A DNA stretch of 64,000 nucleotides from Methanobacteriota archaeon (GCA_002726275.1 PBSO01000025.1:2147-66146); one strand, 5' to 3'. Counted from the stretch's first letter, positions 21,799-32,652 are shown. A program made the numbers and translations. Notes: generated by a model from the sequence alone, not told the origin.

Positions 21799-21877
21799 GG
21801 ACCGTGGACCGCAAAGAAAGCAATGAACGCTTTCATGGAACTGCAAAGAGTGAAACGCGATTGGTAGACGTACGTAC

Positions 21878-22654
21878 GTGGCAGAACTCTCCGGGGAGTC
21901 GTTGAGATCCTTCTCTGAGGGTGTAAAGCTCGAAGGTACTGGAGAAGATTTCAGAGTTCCAATTCTGTACAAATTCCTAGTTAGTTTTCTTTCCCCCATA
22001 GCCAGGTCCCTCTTCAATGTCCACGTTTATGGAATGGAGCGATTACCCAGATCCGGGCCGATGATTCTTGCAAGCAATCACGTCTCAAACCTAGACCCGA
22101 TATTCAAAATTATGGCAGCTAGGAGGGAGGTTTTCTATCTGGCGAAGGAGGAGCACTTCCAGAAACAGCCCAATCGATTCATAATGAAGAGCAATGGAAT
22201 GATTGAGACTTTCAGAGAAACAGGAGGGAGGGATGCACTGGCAAGAGCCTCTGACGTCCTATCCGCAGGACTGCCCGTCGGGGTTTTCCCAGAAGGCACT
22301 AGGTCGAGGAGTGAGGCACCCCCCTTCCTTCAGCCGGGGAAGACAGGAGTGGCTAGATTATCAGCACGATTCCCCGAAGTACCGGTTTTCCCAATTTGCG
22401 TAATCGGGACTAGGGCAGTCATGCCTCCGGGTAGAAACTTAATCAAATTCTGGAAGAGGGTAGATGTCCATATCGGAAACCCCATTATTTTCTCAGAATG
22501 GTTGTCGAGTCCCGAGGGTGGATCTTTCAGTGATGATGAAATTTCGAGCCTGGTGTCTCTAGATGAACATGGTCAAAGATCAATCAAGAAGGCATTGTTC
22601 AGAAAGTACACGGACCAACTAATGGGGACCCTCAAAATGATGGGCGCTCCGTAG
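21878..22654 (+). CDS. plsC: Lysophospholipid (1-acyl-G3P) acyltransferase, PlsC family
   Basis: NHVSNLD (HX4D), LAKEE, FPEGTRS, KTGVARL. Confidence 0.88.
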   Translation: MAELSGESLRSFSEGVKLEGTGEDFRVPILYKFLVSFLSPIARSLFNVHVYGMERLPRSGPMILASNHVSNLDPIFKIMAARREVFYLAKEEHFQKQPNRFIMKSNGMIETFRETGGRDALARASDVLSAGLPVGVFPEGTRSRSEAPPFLQPGKTGVARLSARFPEVPVFPICVIGTRAVMPPGRNLIKFWKRVDVHIGNPIIFSEWLSSPEGGSFSDDEISSLVSLDEHGQRSIKKALFRKYTDQLMGTLKMMGAP

Positions 22655-22702
22655 ATTGGCCGCCGCATCCTTGATGTACTTCCCTCACAACGAAAGAGGG
22701 AA

Positions 22703-23497
22703 ATGCAGCAATACCTCGACTTCCTGAATAGGATATTGGATGATGGAGTTGACAAAGGTGATCGTACGGGTACGGGGACTAAGTCCGTCTTTGGCCACCA
22801 AATGAGGTTTGATCTTTCCGAGGGGTTTCCTGCCATAACCACAAAGAAAGTGCATTGGCCCAGCATCATTCATGAATTACTATGGTTCCTATCTGGGGAA
22901 ACAAACATAGAATATCTCCAGGAGAATAAAGTTAGAATTTGGAATGAGTGGGCGGATGAAGATGGTAATCTAGGGCCTGTTTACGGGAAACAATGGAGGA
23001 AATGGGAAGGCACGGATGGGCAGGTAATTGACCAAATTGAGGGAGCAGTAGAGATGATAATGAGCAATCCTGACAGCAGACGCATCATAGTTTCCGCGTG
23101 GAATGTTGGAGAGTTGGGGGAAATGGCCCTAATGCCGTGCCATGCATTCTTCCAGTTCTACGTGAATGATGGCCGACTTTCATGCCAACTCTACCAAAGG
23201 AGTGCGGATGCATTTCTAGGAGTTCCTTTCAACATCTCATCTTACAGCCTCCTAACTTGCATGATGGCCAGAGTTTGTGGCTTGGAGCCTGGAGAATTTG
23301 TCTGGACTGGAGGGGATTGTCACCTTTACCTGAATCACCTAGATCAAGCAAGAGAGCAGGTCTCCAGGGAGCCGAAGAGGCTTCCAAATCTTGTTTTGGA
23401 TCCTGACGTCACTTCAATTGACGGCTTTGCATTTGAGCATATATCAATTGAGGGGTACGAGCACCACCCCCATATTCCTGCTCCCATATCGGTTTGA
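22703..23497 (+). CDS. thyA: Thymidylate synthase (bacterial type, 264 aa)
   Basis: [40 protein letters not shown]. Confidence 0.97.
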   Translation: MQQYLDFLNRILDDGVDKGDRTGTGTKSVFGHQMRFDLSEGFPAITTKKVHWPSIIHELLWFLSGETNIEYLQENKVRIWNEWADEDGNLGPVYGKQWRKWEGTDGQVIDQIEGAVEMIMSNPDSRRIIVSAWNVGELGEMALMPCHAFFQFYVNDGRLSCQLYQRSADAFLGVPFNISSYSLLTCMMARVCGLEPGEFVWTGGDCHLYLNHLDQAREQVSREPKRLPNLVLDPDVTSIDGFAFEHISIEGYEHHPHIPAPISV

Positions 23498-23507
23498 GGT
23501 GTTTTAT

Positions 23508-24014
23508 TTGAAGATCGTAATGATTGTGGCAATGGATGAAGACGGATTCATCGGCAAGGGTAACGGACTTCCTTGGAATATGCCCAGCGACATGTCGAGA
23601 TTCAAGAGTCTAACAATAGGTGATGGATTCAATTCCGTTGTTATGGGAAGAAGGACCTGGGACTCCCTTCCAGACTCATTCAGGCCCCTTCCTGAGAGGG
23701 TAAATATCGTCATGTCTAGGGATACTTCTTGGAGTGAGGAGGGGGCCGAGACCGCATTATACATTGGCAGGGCAATTGAGCTTGCTTTCGCGGAAGGTAG
23801 TGATGAATTATGGGTCATTGGGGGTGCTGAGATATACTCCATGTTCCTTGATAGGGTAGAAGAAATTCATATTACCACAGTTCAAACCAACGATAGTGGA
23901 GAGATCTCATTCCCGTCATGGGACAAGGCCCTCTGGGAAGAGACTGTGATGGAGGTCCCCGATTCACCGGGTGACGACTTTCCATCTTCATACTCCATAT
24001 GGAAGCGGATTTGA
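23508..24014 (+). CDS. folA: Dihydrofolate reductase
   Basis: IVAMDEDGFIG..LPW, VMGRRTW.SLP..RPLPER, VIGGAEIY. GAGGTG RBS before TTG 23508. Confidence 0.93.
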   Translation: MKIVMIVAMDEDGFIGKGNGLPWNMPSDMSRFKSLTIGDGFNSVVMGRRTWDSLPDSFRPLPERVNIVMSRDTSWSEEGAETALYIGRAIELAFAEGSDELWVIGGAEIYSMFLDRVEEIHITTVQTNDSGEISFPSWDKALWEETVMEVPDSPGDDFPSSYSIWKRI

Positions 24015-24428
24015 ATGGACCTGCGAGGAGTTCTGTCTACTGCCGGTGGTGCCTTTTTCATATATGTTGGAATAATGCATTTCACAGATACGAGTTGGTT
24101 CGAGCCAATCGTACCACCCGTATTGGGTTCTGCTACGTTCTGGGTTCTGGCGAGTGGAGTAGTGGAAGTGCTAGTGGGTATTGGACTGATTATTCCCAGA
24201 ACCAGAGAGATATCCGGTTACGCTAGCGCGACACTCCTGGTCCTATTGTATCCTGCCAACCTGTACATGTGGGTATTCGATGTTGAGCTTGGCGATGGGG
24301 CTTCACTTTCTCCGACTGGGCATGTGGTTAGGTTGATGCTGCAGATCGGGGGCATCATTCTGAGCCTTTGGATCGCAGGATACCTCCCTCGGGAAGTTGA
24401 TTCATTCTATGACGAAGAATTCAGCTAA
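24015..24428 (+). CDS. DoxX-like membrane protein
   Basis: GIMHF..IVPP..SGVVE...PANLYM; 4 TMs. Confidence 0.75.
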   Translation: MDLRGVLSTAGGAFFIYVGIMHFTDTSWFEPIVPPVLGSATFWVLASGVVEVLVGIGLIIPRTREISGYASATLLVLLYPANLYMWVFDVELGDGASLSPTGHVVRLMLQIGGIILSLWIAGYLPREVDSFYDEEFS

Positions 24429-25886
24429 GTCCCCCTCAGATTCGAAAAGGCTGGGGCCGCTCCCCAGGTAGTAGACAGAACCCCTGCCATCCCTAGAGTC
24501 CTCGGCGCTGGAATTATTATTCGTTGCACAAGAACCTGTACAACCATCGGCAAAGGCGACATAAACGCGCCCTTCTCTGTCTATATGTAAGTCATTGAAA
24601 TCGAGAAGGTTCCTGTTTGAACCACCGATATCACGGCAATCCCCACTATTGAGGCAGATGCTCCCCATCTGTACTGGATCGTCAGTCACCCTCATGGTGT
24701 GAAATACAGGATTGGAATCTAAAGCATTGAGACTGTAGGTAATATAGAGATGGTAGGTTACATTGTTCGGTGCATAGTGAGCATTGCCACCCCAAGGGTT
24801 ACCATCGATATCTGACTGATTTAGCATCTCAGAATTCTCACTCCCAAGGTACATTATTGCAATCCTTCCTGGGTCACCAGCATCGGTTTGTGGAAATACC
24901 GATGAGATGACTTCAATCGGAGATATCCGGATACTCTCTTGTTCCCATGTTTCACCGGAGTCGGTTGAACGAGACATGTAGACTCCCTCATCAGCACCTG
25001 TCCATACATGATATGCATTAGAGGCAGAATCTGTCGAGACTTCTGAATTCTTGCGAGGGTAGGGTGTAGAGACATCTTCTCCCATCGTTCTCTGGAACCA
25101 TGAGAATCCATTGTCCTTGGAAACGATGACTGTGGGAGTCTCTACCCTGGGAGTGACGTATACCGTTCCATCAGGAGCGGTGGAAATCGCCCCATGAAGG
25201 CCTCCGTTGGTGGTTGCGAGACCGAAAATCTGCCCCCCAGCATCGAAGGTCGCGCCCCCATCAAAACTTGTGAAGCAGAAAATACCGGCTAATTTATTGT
25301 AGCAATAATATACCGCAGTTTCGTAGAAACTCGAAGTGAATTGTCCCAACGCACCATATCCTTCACTGGTCCAAGGACCGCTTGCTAATTTGATGTGATC
25401 ATTGATTGGAGTAGTTCCAGAATCATGTGGATTGCCTAGCCAAGAGTCGCCATCATCATCACTCCAACATATCCATGACGTCTCAAGGCCAATCATCTGC
25501 ACGTTGAAGATGCGGTCAGTGATTGGATCGACCCAACCATAAGGATCGCTGGTAGTAGGGGAGCACTGTATTGGATCTTGCGTCTCCTCCCATGATTGTC
25601 CATGATCGCAAGATCTCATCACTTTCTCCATGGCGATGAAGAAAATGCAACCACTCGAAGTTATGCCGATACTGGGTTCCTTACCAGTCTCCCCCACATC
25701 ACTGAATACGAAACTTAGGGGCAAGGGGGGGACATCAACTGGGAGGCCGCTAGGTCCCGTGACAAAGAAACGTGGTTCTGGAGCTTCTTCATCCCCCTCC
25801 TCGGAGGGCCCTTCATCCAGATGGATGCATCCAGAAATAGTAGTGGTGACCATCAAGAGCGCAATGACTACGGCACCTGTACGCAT
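24402..25886 (-). CDS. BNR/Asp-box beta-propeller lipoprotein (sialidase-like)
   Basis: Lipobox ISGC and five Asp-boxes (SCDHGQSW, SDDDGDSW, SFDGGATF, SKDNGFSW, STDSGETW). Confidence 0.75.
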   Translation of the reverse strand: MRTGAVVIALLMVTTTISGCIHLDEGPSEEGDEEAPEPRFFVTGPSGLPVDVPPLPLSFVFSDVGETGKEPSIGITSSGCIFFIAMEKVMRSCDHGQSWEETQDPIQCSPTTSDPYGWVDPITDRIFNVQMIGLETSWICWSDDDGDSWLGNPHDSGTTPINDHIKLASGPWTSEGYGALGQFTSSFYETAVYYCYNKLAGIFCFTSFDGGATFDAGGQIFGLATTNGGLHGAISTAPDGTVYVTPRVETPTVIVSKDNGFSWFQRTMGEDVSTPYPRKNSEVSTDSASNAYHVWTGADEGVYMSRSTDSGETWEQESIRISPIEVISSVFPQTDAGDPGRIAIMYLGSENSEMLNQSDIDGNPWGGNAHYAPNNVTYHLYITYSLNALDSNPVFHTMRVTDDPVQMGSICLNSGDCRDIGGSNRNLLDFNDLHIDREGRVYVAFADGCTGSCATNNNSSAEDSRDGRGSVYYLGSGPSLFESEGDLAEFFVIE

Positions 25887-25940
25887 AGTGCTTCGACTTG
25901 GGGATAGGGCATTTATGTTGCCATAGTGTGAGCCGGGGGT

Positions 25941-26333
25941 TTAGTCTTCGGATTCATACTCAGTAACTCTAATTCCTAAATTGCCCCTTCTGGCCTTTCT
26001 TAGCATTATTTTGTCCATCTTATTGTGAAATTCTGATTCCAAGTCAACTTTCATTGCTAGGGAATGGCCCAATATTAGAATCAACAGGTCAGCTAACTCC
26101 TCGGCTGCCTCGGAATGGGGCTTGCCTTTGGTAATTGCAGCGGATAGCTCTCCCAATTCCTCCACTGTCAATGCTATTCTGTAGCCCATGTCATGACCGT
26201 GGTTTTCTTCGGAAGAAAAGGAATGCTTGTGGTGAAAGGATGCAACCCTTGACATCATAGTCAACCATGAGCCATCGGGTACTGAAGTACCCTCAGCCAA
26301 AATCCAATCTTCTACACTCTCCTTCCTGCCCAT
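25941..26333 (-). CDS. MazG-like nucleotide pyrophosphohydrolase
   Basis: EELGELSAAI..EELADLLI motif. Confidence 0.85.
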   Translation of the reverse strand: MGRKESVEDWILAEGTSVPDGSWLTMMSRVASFHHKHSFSSEENHGHDMGYRIALTVEELGELSAAITKGKPHSEAAEELADLLILILGHSLAMKVDLESEFHNKMDKIMLRKARRGNLGIRVTEYESED

Positions 26334-26390
26334 GCATTGACGAGAAGGGGGTTACACATCAACATAATTCCAGAAACGCGTTAGTGGAGA

Positions 26391-27152
26391 CTAAACATAT
26401 AGGTCGAGTATTGCCAATAGGCACTCCGAAATACTGGCTCTCATGGATGAAGCCATGGAGTCAACCGCATGGTGATCTATCTTCGCTGATGGGTCTCCGG
26501 GCTCTCTTCCCGCTGCCCAATTCGATGAGCAAGAAAGTGCGACATGTGGGACACCTGTTTCGGATACCAGCCTTGACTCAGGTCCGAGGGTCATTCCAAC
26601 TACGTGCGCACCTAGCCGTTCCAAGGCGTCAATCTCCGCAGAACTCTCGAATTGAGGTCCGACACACTGGGCGACAATTAGATTGTCTGGAACGTGCTCC
26701 TGTGATGAGGACAATGCCACCTTGCACGCATCTGAGGCATTCCTGTCAAAAGGGGATGTTCTATCGGCGTGAGTTGCGTCGTCATCATGAAAGGTCCATG
26801 GTCTAATTGAAAGATCCAAAACATCTCCAGAAATTCCAATGATACCTGGAGGGAAATTCTCGATTAACGACCCTACTGAGTTGATACTCAATACGATATC
26901 CGGCTGGCAGCTAATGGCAGCTTGTACATTTGCTCTGTGTTCAATCATGTGAGGCGGAGTTCGGGACGTTCCATCTCCATGATGCCTGTCAATAATTACG
27001 ATGTCACCTGCACCAGTGGAGACAATTGCTGCTGGGACCTGTCCCCAGTCAGTATCGATTCTGACATGTGAAGCTTGAGTGTTCCAAGCGGATGACATCT
27101 CATCCGAGAGTGCGCTCATCCCAGTGCCGCATAGCACCGCTATGCGGGCCAT
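26391..27152 (-). CDS. mtnP: Methylthioadenosine / purine nucleoside phosphorylase
   Basis: GTG, RHHG..PPH.I.HRAN, SVGSL, GPQFES.AE, VVGMT..PE, SNWAAG. Confidence 0.85.
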   Translation of the reverse strand: MARIAVLCGTGMSALSDEMSSAWNTQASHVRIDTDWGQVPAAIVSTGAGDIVIIDRHHGDGTSRTPPHMIEHRANVQAAISCQPDIVLSINSVGSLIENFPPGIIGISGDVLDLSIRPWTFHDDDATHADRTSPFDRNASDACKVALSSSQEHVPDNLIVAQCVGPQFESSAEIDALERLGAHVVGMTLGPESRLVSETGVPHVALSCSSNWAAGREPGDPSAKIDHHAVDSMASSMRASISECLLAILDLYV

Positions 27153-27156
27153 TATA

Positions 27157-28068
27157 TCACTCCTCAAGTCGGGCTATGAGGTCTGACTTCTTGCCCGAAA
27201 CTGGTTTACCAGCGGCTTTGAGCAATTCCTTCAGTTCCGCGACCTTTAGAGAAGAGTAGTCAACCTCGGAGTCGTCATTATCTTGCTCCTGAGCATTATC
27301 TGCATCTCCCCCGATGGCCTCATCTTCAACCCCATCATCAGATGGTTCTGAAATATCTGCTGAGGCCTCGGCAGCAGCCAAGACATCGGATTCCTCGGCG
27401 ACAGCAGCAGCGTCTGCCCTCTCTTGTGCGTGAATCTCCTCCAGTGTTGGACCGTCGTCAACAACTACTCCGGATTGAATCAATTGGGTCCTTCTAATCA
27501 TTACTGCCCTAATGGGGGTAATCTTGGATGTTCCTTCCTTGATCTTGGCCTCTAATTCGCCATCCATCACTGATTTCTGCATATCGACCCAGGTCGATGA
27601 TGCCCCGGTCTTCAGAATGATGTTTCTTGCAATGGTCCTAATTTCGTTCTTCTGACTAGACTTCGCCCTTTCCCTAGTAATAATCAGGGGCTTGAATCTG
27701 ACATAATATCCGTCCTCTGTTACAATGTCGACAGTGTCGTCAATTTTCCCCCTGTCTCGACGGATTTGTCTTCTAATGTGGTCTTGCATCATCTGGTGAC
27801 CTATGAATTCGGTTAGAGCGTCCGTACCTAGTACATCTACCACCCTGAATCGTATCTTTACATGCATCTTTGAGAAATCCCCATCTAGTTCATTCTGCAT
27901 AATCTCGAAATTCCTCCCGATCAACATCTCTGGCTCCTCGGCCAGGGTCTCACCGATAACTCTGAATGACCATGGATTTCTAGGTGCTCTAATTGAGAAC
28001 CACCTCTTGGACTTCCACTTGTCCCTCTGCCTACGTGCCGCTGCTCTTGCCTTTGCGCCCTTTGCCAT
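27157..28068 (-). CDS. rps3ae: 30S ribosomal protein eS1 (S3Ae) with acidic linker and C-terminal SAP domain
   Basis: DKWKSKRWFSIRAP, IGET, KIDD. C-terminal YSSLKVAELKELLKAAGKPVSGKKSDLIARL is a SAP motif. Confidence 0.92.
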   Translation of the reverse strand: MAKGAKARAAARRQRDKWKSKRWFSIRAPRNPWSFRVIGETLAEEPEMLIGRNFEIMQNELDGDFSKMHVKIRFRVVDVLGTDALTEFIGHQMMQDHIRRQIRRDRGKIDDTVDIVTEDGYYVRFKPLIITRERAKSSQKNEIRTIARNIILKTGASSTWVDMQKSVMDGELEAKIKEGTSKITPIRAVMIRRTQLIQSGVVVDDGPTLEEIHAQERADAAAVAEESDVLAAAEASADISEPSDDGVEDEAIGGDADNAQEQDNDDSEVDYSSLKVAELKELLKAAGKPVSGKKSDLIARLEE

Positions 28069-28186
28069 GACAATAACCTCGTACCTCGGGGGCTTCCCCG
28101 CTCGCTAGGCGTGCCGACCTGCCCTTACTATTTGAAGCAAAGCCTCTGGAAAGTGGGCGGCATCCCCTGCGAGGCTTCAAGAAATA

Positions 28187-28645
28187 GTGCTGCTAGGGTC
28201 CTTTATGGGCCTACTGAATGCGACATGGAGGATTCATGCCAGTGGGGTTGACGACCTGGAAATGATTGAGAGAGCGATGCATTGGCTTACTGGTGATTGC
28301 TGTGAAGTAATGTGGGAAAGGGGCAAGTCGTTCCATGGATCTCCTCAGCATGTTGCAATAATTAGGACTGGAAAAAGGAAAGTTGCCATGGATTGGCTCC
28401 GCAGACTTGGTGTTTCGGTCCTTAGTGAGATTAACGAGGGGGGCATTGGAAATAGGATCGACGATGAGAAAACAGTGCATGTTAGAATTTCTCTTCCTGA
28501 ACTATGTAAGGGGAACGTATCGCTGATCGATTCAGGGAGCAGGAGTTCCTCTGTAAAGGGCACTTTCAAGATCGAATCTTATCCAGGAGATGATCCAGTT
28601 ATTGTTGCTTCTCGGGTAATTTCCAGATTGTGCTCAGAAAGCTGA
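28187..28645 (+). CDS. Archaeal RNA-binding domain protein (PF01877-like), divergent
   Basis: IHASGVDD...SFHGSP..NRIDDEKTVHVRI..FKIESYP pattern. Confidence 0.65.
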   Translation: MLLGSFMGLLNATWRIHASGVDDLEMIERAMHWLTGDCCEVMWERGKSFHGSPQHVAIIRTGKRKVAMDWLRRLGVSVLSEINEGGIGNRIDDEKTVHVRISLPELCKGNVSLIDSGSRSSSVKGTFKIESYPGDDPVIVASRVISRLCSES

Positions 28646-28706
28646 ATGCTGAATGTGTTTGAGCAAGAGTTCAAATGTCCCTCTCGACGTGCTTCGTGTG
28701 AGAGAT

Positions 28707-28979
28707 ATGACACACGTAGTTACGAGTGCCTGTGTTGATCACAAATATCAGGACTGCGTAGCGGTTTGTCCTGTTGAGGCATTCAGGGAGGCGGACTCTT
28801 ATCTCGTCATAGATCCAGATGAGTGCATAGATTGCGCTGCATGCGTAACTGAGTGTCCGGTTGAGGCGATCTTTGCAGATACAGATCTTCCTGATGAGTT
28901 CGAAGAGTGGCTTGACAGAAATGAAGTTGAAGCGGCGGACCTGCCTATCGCAGAAGGCGACTCGCCCGTACTGGCATAG
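28707..28979 (+). CDS. fdxA: 7Fe (FdxA-type) ferredoxin
   Basis: CVDHKYQDCVAVCPV and IDPDECIDCAACVTECPV. Confidence 0.88.
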   Translation: MTHVVTSACVDHKYQDCVAVCPVEAFREADSYLVIDPDECIDCAACVTECPVEAIFADTDLPDEFEEWLDRNEVEAADLPIAEGDSPVLA

Positions 28980-29041
28980 GGTCTTTTCCGACCTAATGGT
29001 CAGGAAATAGGTTCATGAATAAATGGCCCGGGGCGATTAGC

Positions 29042-30031
29042 ATGACACGTACGGTCGACCTTGGTGGGATGCGTCATGGAACCGAGCTTCTGAAGAGGGG
29101 TTTTGCAAAAATGCAAGAAGGCGGGGTGGTGATGGATGTAGTGACTCCCGAACAAGCCCACATAGCGGAAGACGCGGGGGCAGTATCGGTAATGGCGTTG
29201 GAGAGGGTTCCTGCGGATATTCGCTCCATGGGTGGTGTAGCTCGAATGAGCCATCCAGACATGATTAGTGAAATCATTGAAACCACTAGCATCCCCGTAA
29301 TGGCGAAAGCCAGAATAGGCCACGATGAAGAAGCCCGAGTTCTGGAAAGTCTTGGTGTCGATATGGTAGATGAGTCAGAAGTTCTTACTCCTGCAGATCC
29401 TTTCTTCCACATAGCAAAGAATGACTTCACCATCCCCTTTGTGTGTGGATGCACAAGCCTAGGAGAGGCAGTAAGAAGGATTGCCGAGGGGGCTGCGATG
29501 ATTCGCACCAAGGGAGAAGCAGGTACGGGCAACATAGTAAGTGCAGTTCAACATGCAAGGCTGGTAAAAACAGAGATTTCCCATGCGATAAATTCTGGGG
29601 ACTCTGGGAGAGAAGAAATGATTGAAATTATCATGAAAGGATACCAGAGGATGGAAGATGCGTCGGATTTCAACATCGGGTCCTCGGATACTCCATTTGG
29701 TAAATTGGGCGACCTCAGGGATGAGGTGTCGTCTGTTCTCGAGGAAGTGTGTAGCATTGGCAGACTACCAGTTGTGACATTCTCTGCAGGAGGAATCGCC
29801 ACTCCTGCTGATGCTGCACTCATGATGAGTCATGGGATGGATGGGATCTTCGTTGGTTCTGGTATCTTCAAGAGTTCGGACCCGAAAAATACCGCAGAAG
29901 CCATTGTTATGGCCACACATCACTTCGAAGATCCCTCAGTAGTAGTGGAAGCCTGTAAAATGGTAGGGGATGCAATGCCAGGCCTGGAAATAGAGTCACT
30001 AGACGTTAGGCTCGAAGATAGGGGATGGTAG
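29042..30031 (+). CDS. pdxS: Pyridoxal 5'-phosphate synthase lyase subunit
   Basis: [46 protein letters not shown]. Confidence 0.96.
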   Translation: MTRTVDLGGMRHGTELLKRGFAKMQEGGVVMDVVTPEQAHIAEDAGAVSVMALERVPADIRSMGGVARMSHPDMISEIIETTSIPVMAKARIGHDEEARVLESLGVDMVDESEVLTPADPFFHIAKNDFTIPFVCGCTSLGEAVRRIAEGAAMIRTKGEAGTGNIVSAVQHARLVKTEISHAINSGDSGREEMIEIIMKGYQRMEDASDFNIGSSDTPFGKLGDLRDEVSSVLEEVCSIGRLPVVTFSAGGIATPADAALMMSHGMDGIFVGSGIFKSSDPKNTAEAIVMATHHFEDPSVVVEACKMVGDAMPGLEIESLDVRLEDRGW

Positions 30032-31030
30032 TCACTTACCCCTTCCCCTGAATGACTTGGGTTTTCTGATCTTCTTGCGACTTGGTTTGCCCCCAGTGGC
30101 AGCAGGGGATCCCTGTGCATCCCCTGACATTGAGCCACCAAGAGTAAGGTTTCCTTGACTGAGGAGTTTTTCTGTAAGAGAGTCTGCTAACCCTTCGTCT
30201 TCATCTGGAGTCTTCAGGGCGTCCTTTACCGATTGGTTATGGTCCTTTATTACCCTCTCCCTCTCTTCCCTTCTGGCCTTCATTTCGTCTCTGGCTTCAT
30301 TGACTTCCTTAAGGAGAACCTCAATTTCTGAATGTACGCTGTTTGCCGATTCTCGCGACTCCACGAAAATTGAATGAAGCCTGTCTCCCTCTGACCTCAG
30401 GAAATCCCTCTCTTCGAGCATGGGCTTTACCTCTTCCCAGATCCCATCCGCCTCCTTATGTGCATCTGTCATTGCCTTGTGTTGGGCGTCTGCCTCTGCC
30501 TTGAGTGACTGGATTGTGCTTTCTAGATCCCCCAAATCAATCTTGATGCTCTCGAATTCGGCGGCCGCAGGCAAAAGCTCATCCCTTCTGGCGATCAGTG
30601 TTTTCAACTCTCTCAGAATTCTATTCTCCGCCTTGAGTGTAAGTGTGCCATCAGTCATCAGCCTATTTTCAATACTACCAATCTTTGCAATTGTCTCAGA
30701 TAGTGCAACTACTCCTGTCTTGGCCTTGCCCTCGTCTCCCTTCTTACCCCTCTTGTTTGAAATAATTTCTCTGATCCTTGATTGAATTGCGTCCCTCTGA
30801 TTCTGGTGAGTCTTCGCTCTGGATCTGACTTCCTTCTGCTCGGTTAGTTTCTCTTCAATTGAGGACCTGAGCTCCCTTCCCTGTTCTTGAACCGAGTTTC
30901 TTGAGTCTGCGGCCCTTCTTGCTGATTCGTTATGGGTGGCCCTCTGATCCCTCATCCTCCTCAGCCTTGTTTCCATAGCATGAAGCCTGGTCCTCAGGTC
31001 GTCATCAGGACCACTCTCATCGCTCTGCAT
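30032..31030 (-). CDS. Archaeal long coiled-coil protein (COG1340-like), basic C-tail
   Basis: Continuous heptad-rich helix, central IENRLMTDGTLTLKAE motif, C-terminal EKLLSQGNLT. Confidence 0.7.
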   Translation of the reverse strand: MQSDESGPDDDLRTRLHAMETRLRRMRDQRATHNESARRAADSRNSVQEQGRELRSSIEEKLTEQKEVRSRAKTHQNQRDAIQSRIREIISNKRGKKGDEGKAKTGVVALSETIAKIGSIENRLMTDGTLTLKAENRILRELKTLIARRDELLPAAAEFESIKIDLGDLESTIQSLKAEADAQHKAMTDAHKEADGIWEEVKPMLEERDFLRSEGDRLHSIFVESRESANSVHSEIEVLLKEVNEARDEMKARREERERVIKDHNQSVKDALKTPDEDEGLADSLTEKLLSQGNLTLGGSMSGDAQGSPAATGGKPSRKKIRKPKSFRGRGK

Positions 31031-31071
31031 GGAACGTCGAAGTGGGGCTCACTATTGAATGGAACTATGTG

Positions 31072-32652
31072 TCAAAACCCCAGTAGAGAAGTGGCAAATG
31101 GGATGATTGGTGACAAGACAACTATTGCGGCGCCGGCCATGAACATGGCGCCAACTGTTCTCCTTACCCTAGTAATCAGATCATTGCCCACCTGCACATT
31201 CAGAACTCTTCCAGAAACGAGATTTCCGGAGTCGTCCTCCAGCCTTACTGTGACTGTAGCTTCTCCCTTTATTGAAGGTAGCAAACTTTGCCATACAATA
31301 CCAGTGTGGTTAATCATTTCCTGCATCTCGTGTGAAAGCGAAGTTGATTCCATAGGATCAAATGAGTGAGATAGGGGCAATGACCTAAGCTTGTAGACGC
31401 ACTCATTGGGTTTGAAATCAGGAGTCTGTATCTTCAAGAATAAGTCCCGAGGATCTTCTCCACGATTTAGGACGAAAGCGAAGAGGTTCGCCTGGCCGAC
31501 CACTAGATTTTCCATGTCTACGTCAAACCAGAAACCCCCATCAGACTTACTCAGTCCCCTTCTCATCCTCATCCTATCGTAGAGTCTGAAGAATGGCTTG
31601 CATTCACTCCTTGCGTGCATCAGCAGCCTATCCCATGTCTCCTCGCCTAGCTCGGGATGGTTGAATAGTCCGTCGATAGACGATTCCTCCACCATCTCCC
31701 CCAATGAGTCTTTGAACTCTGACTCTGAAATCAAGGAAGATCTCCGTAAATGCAAGAGGTGCAGCAGGGATTCCTGTAGTTCGGAGATTTCTACCCCTTC
31801 CTTCAGACCTACTCCGACTGTTCTAAGATACTCGGAAATTCTGATATTCAATAGGGGGTCGATGTGTGCCTTTATGACATCATTGAACGGCCTATTCAGT
31901 AGAGCAGGGTGTATTGGAGGTGAGAATGCCTCTAACATACCCCATGGCTCAGAAGCATTGAACCTAGACCTATGGGAGATTAAATGGACTCCGTGACCTG
32001 CAAGTAGTGAACCAGTAGAAAGTGAGATCAACACTGGCATTCCAGACTCCCCACTGGATAGCCAGAGGCTAGTCCCAAGAAGGGCTGCTGATATTATCAT
32101 CAGGGACGAAGTTGCGGTGATTTGACGTATTGATCCATCTATTGTGGCCCTCATCTCTGCATAGCCATGAGAGCTTCTGAAAGTGATTCCCGATGAGGTT
32201 AGTGACTCTGCCTCAAGATGGAATATTGAGCGGGAATAAGACATCATCCTGAGCAGGGAGGAAAGTAGTGCGATATCTGCGATAATTATCAGCAGTGTTA
32301 GAGCGTGAGTTGCGGTAACAAGGCTCAATCCCCCAGATGCTTCCCTGAGGTGGTCATCCCACCACAGATTGTCAGTCTGCCCGTATGACTGTGCCACACC
32401 GAAAAGCACCACGGCGAAAAGTGGGAGTAGTAAGATCAACCTAGCTCCACCGCTAACAAGCACCCTGTCCAATGTAATCAGGGAGCCCTCCCTGTCCCTG
32501 AGGGAGCTTTCCTTCCAGTCAAAATCACCAATGTCTTGCGTGATATATTGAGTCTCTAGTTTTGGTGCGGGAGGCGTGAAATCGCTAATCTCATCCGCCA
32601 GACTATCCAGAGTTTCTTCGTCAATCAATCTTAGTCCCCCTAACTCTTGCAA
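31072..32652 (-). CDS. Conserved multi-pass membrane protein of unknown function
   Basis: 526-aa ORF, about 4 N-terminal TMs, a soluble domain and a C-terminal TM; co-oriented with its neighbours. Confidence 0.7.
   Translation of the reverse strand: MQELGGLRLIDEETLDSLADEISDFTPPAPKLETQYITQDIGDFDWKESSLRDREGSLITLDRVLVSGGARLILLLPLFAVVLFGVAQSYGQTDNLWWDDHLREASGGLSLVTATHALTLLIIIADIALLSSLLRMMSYSRSIFHLEAESLTSSGITFRSSHGYAEMRATIDGSIRQITATSSLMIISAALLGTSLWLSSGESGMPVLISLSTGSLLAGHGVHLISHRSRFNASEPWGMLEAFSPPIHPALLNRPFNDVIKAHIDPLLNIRISEYLRTVGVGLKEGVEISELQESLLHLLHLRRSSLISESEFKDSLGEMVEESSIDGLFNHPELGEETWDRLLMHARSECKPFFRLYDRMRMRRGLSKSDGGFWFDVDMENLVVGQANLFAFVLNRGEDPRDLFLKIQTPDFKPNECVYKLRSLPLSHSFDPMESTSLSHEMQEMINHTGIVWQSLLPSIKGEATVTVRLEDDSGNLVSGRVLNVQVGNDLITRVRRTVGAMFMAGAAIVVLSPIIPFATSLLGF

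Noticed and set aside
29560-29750. ~40-aa insertion in PdxS and absence of adjacent pdxT
   Set aside because: Longer PdxS forms with an insert here occur in other archaea, and pdxT is often unlinked.
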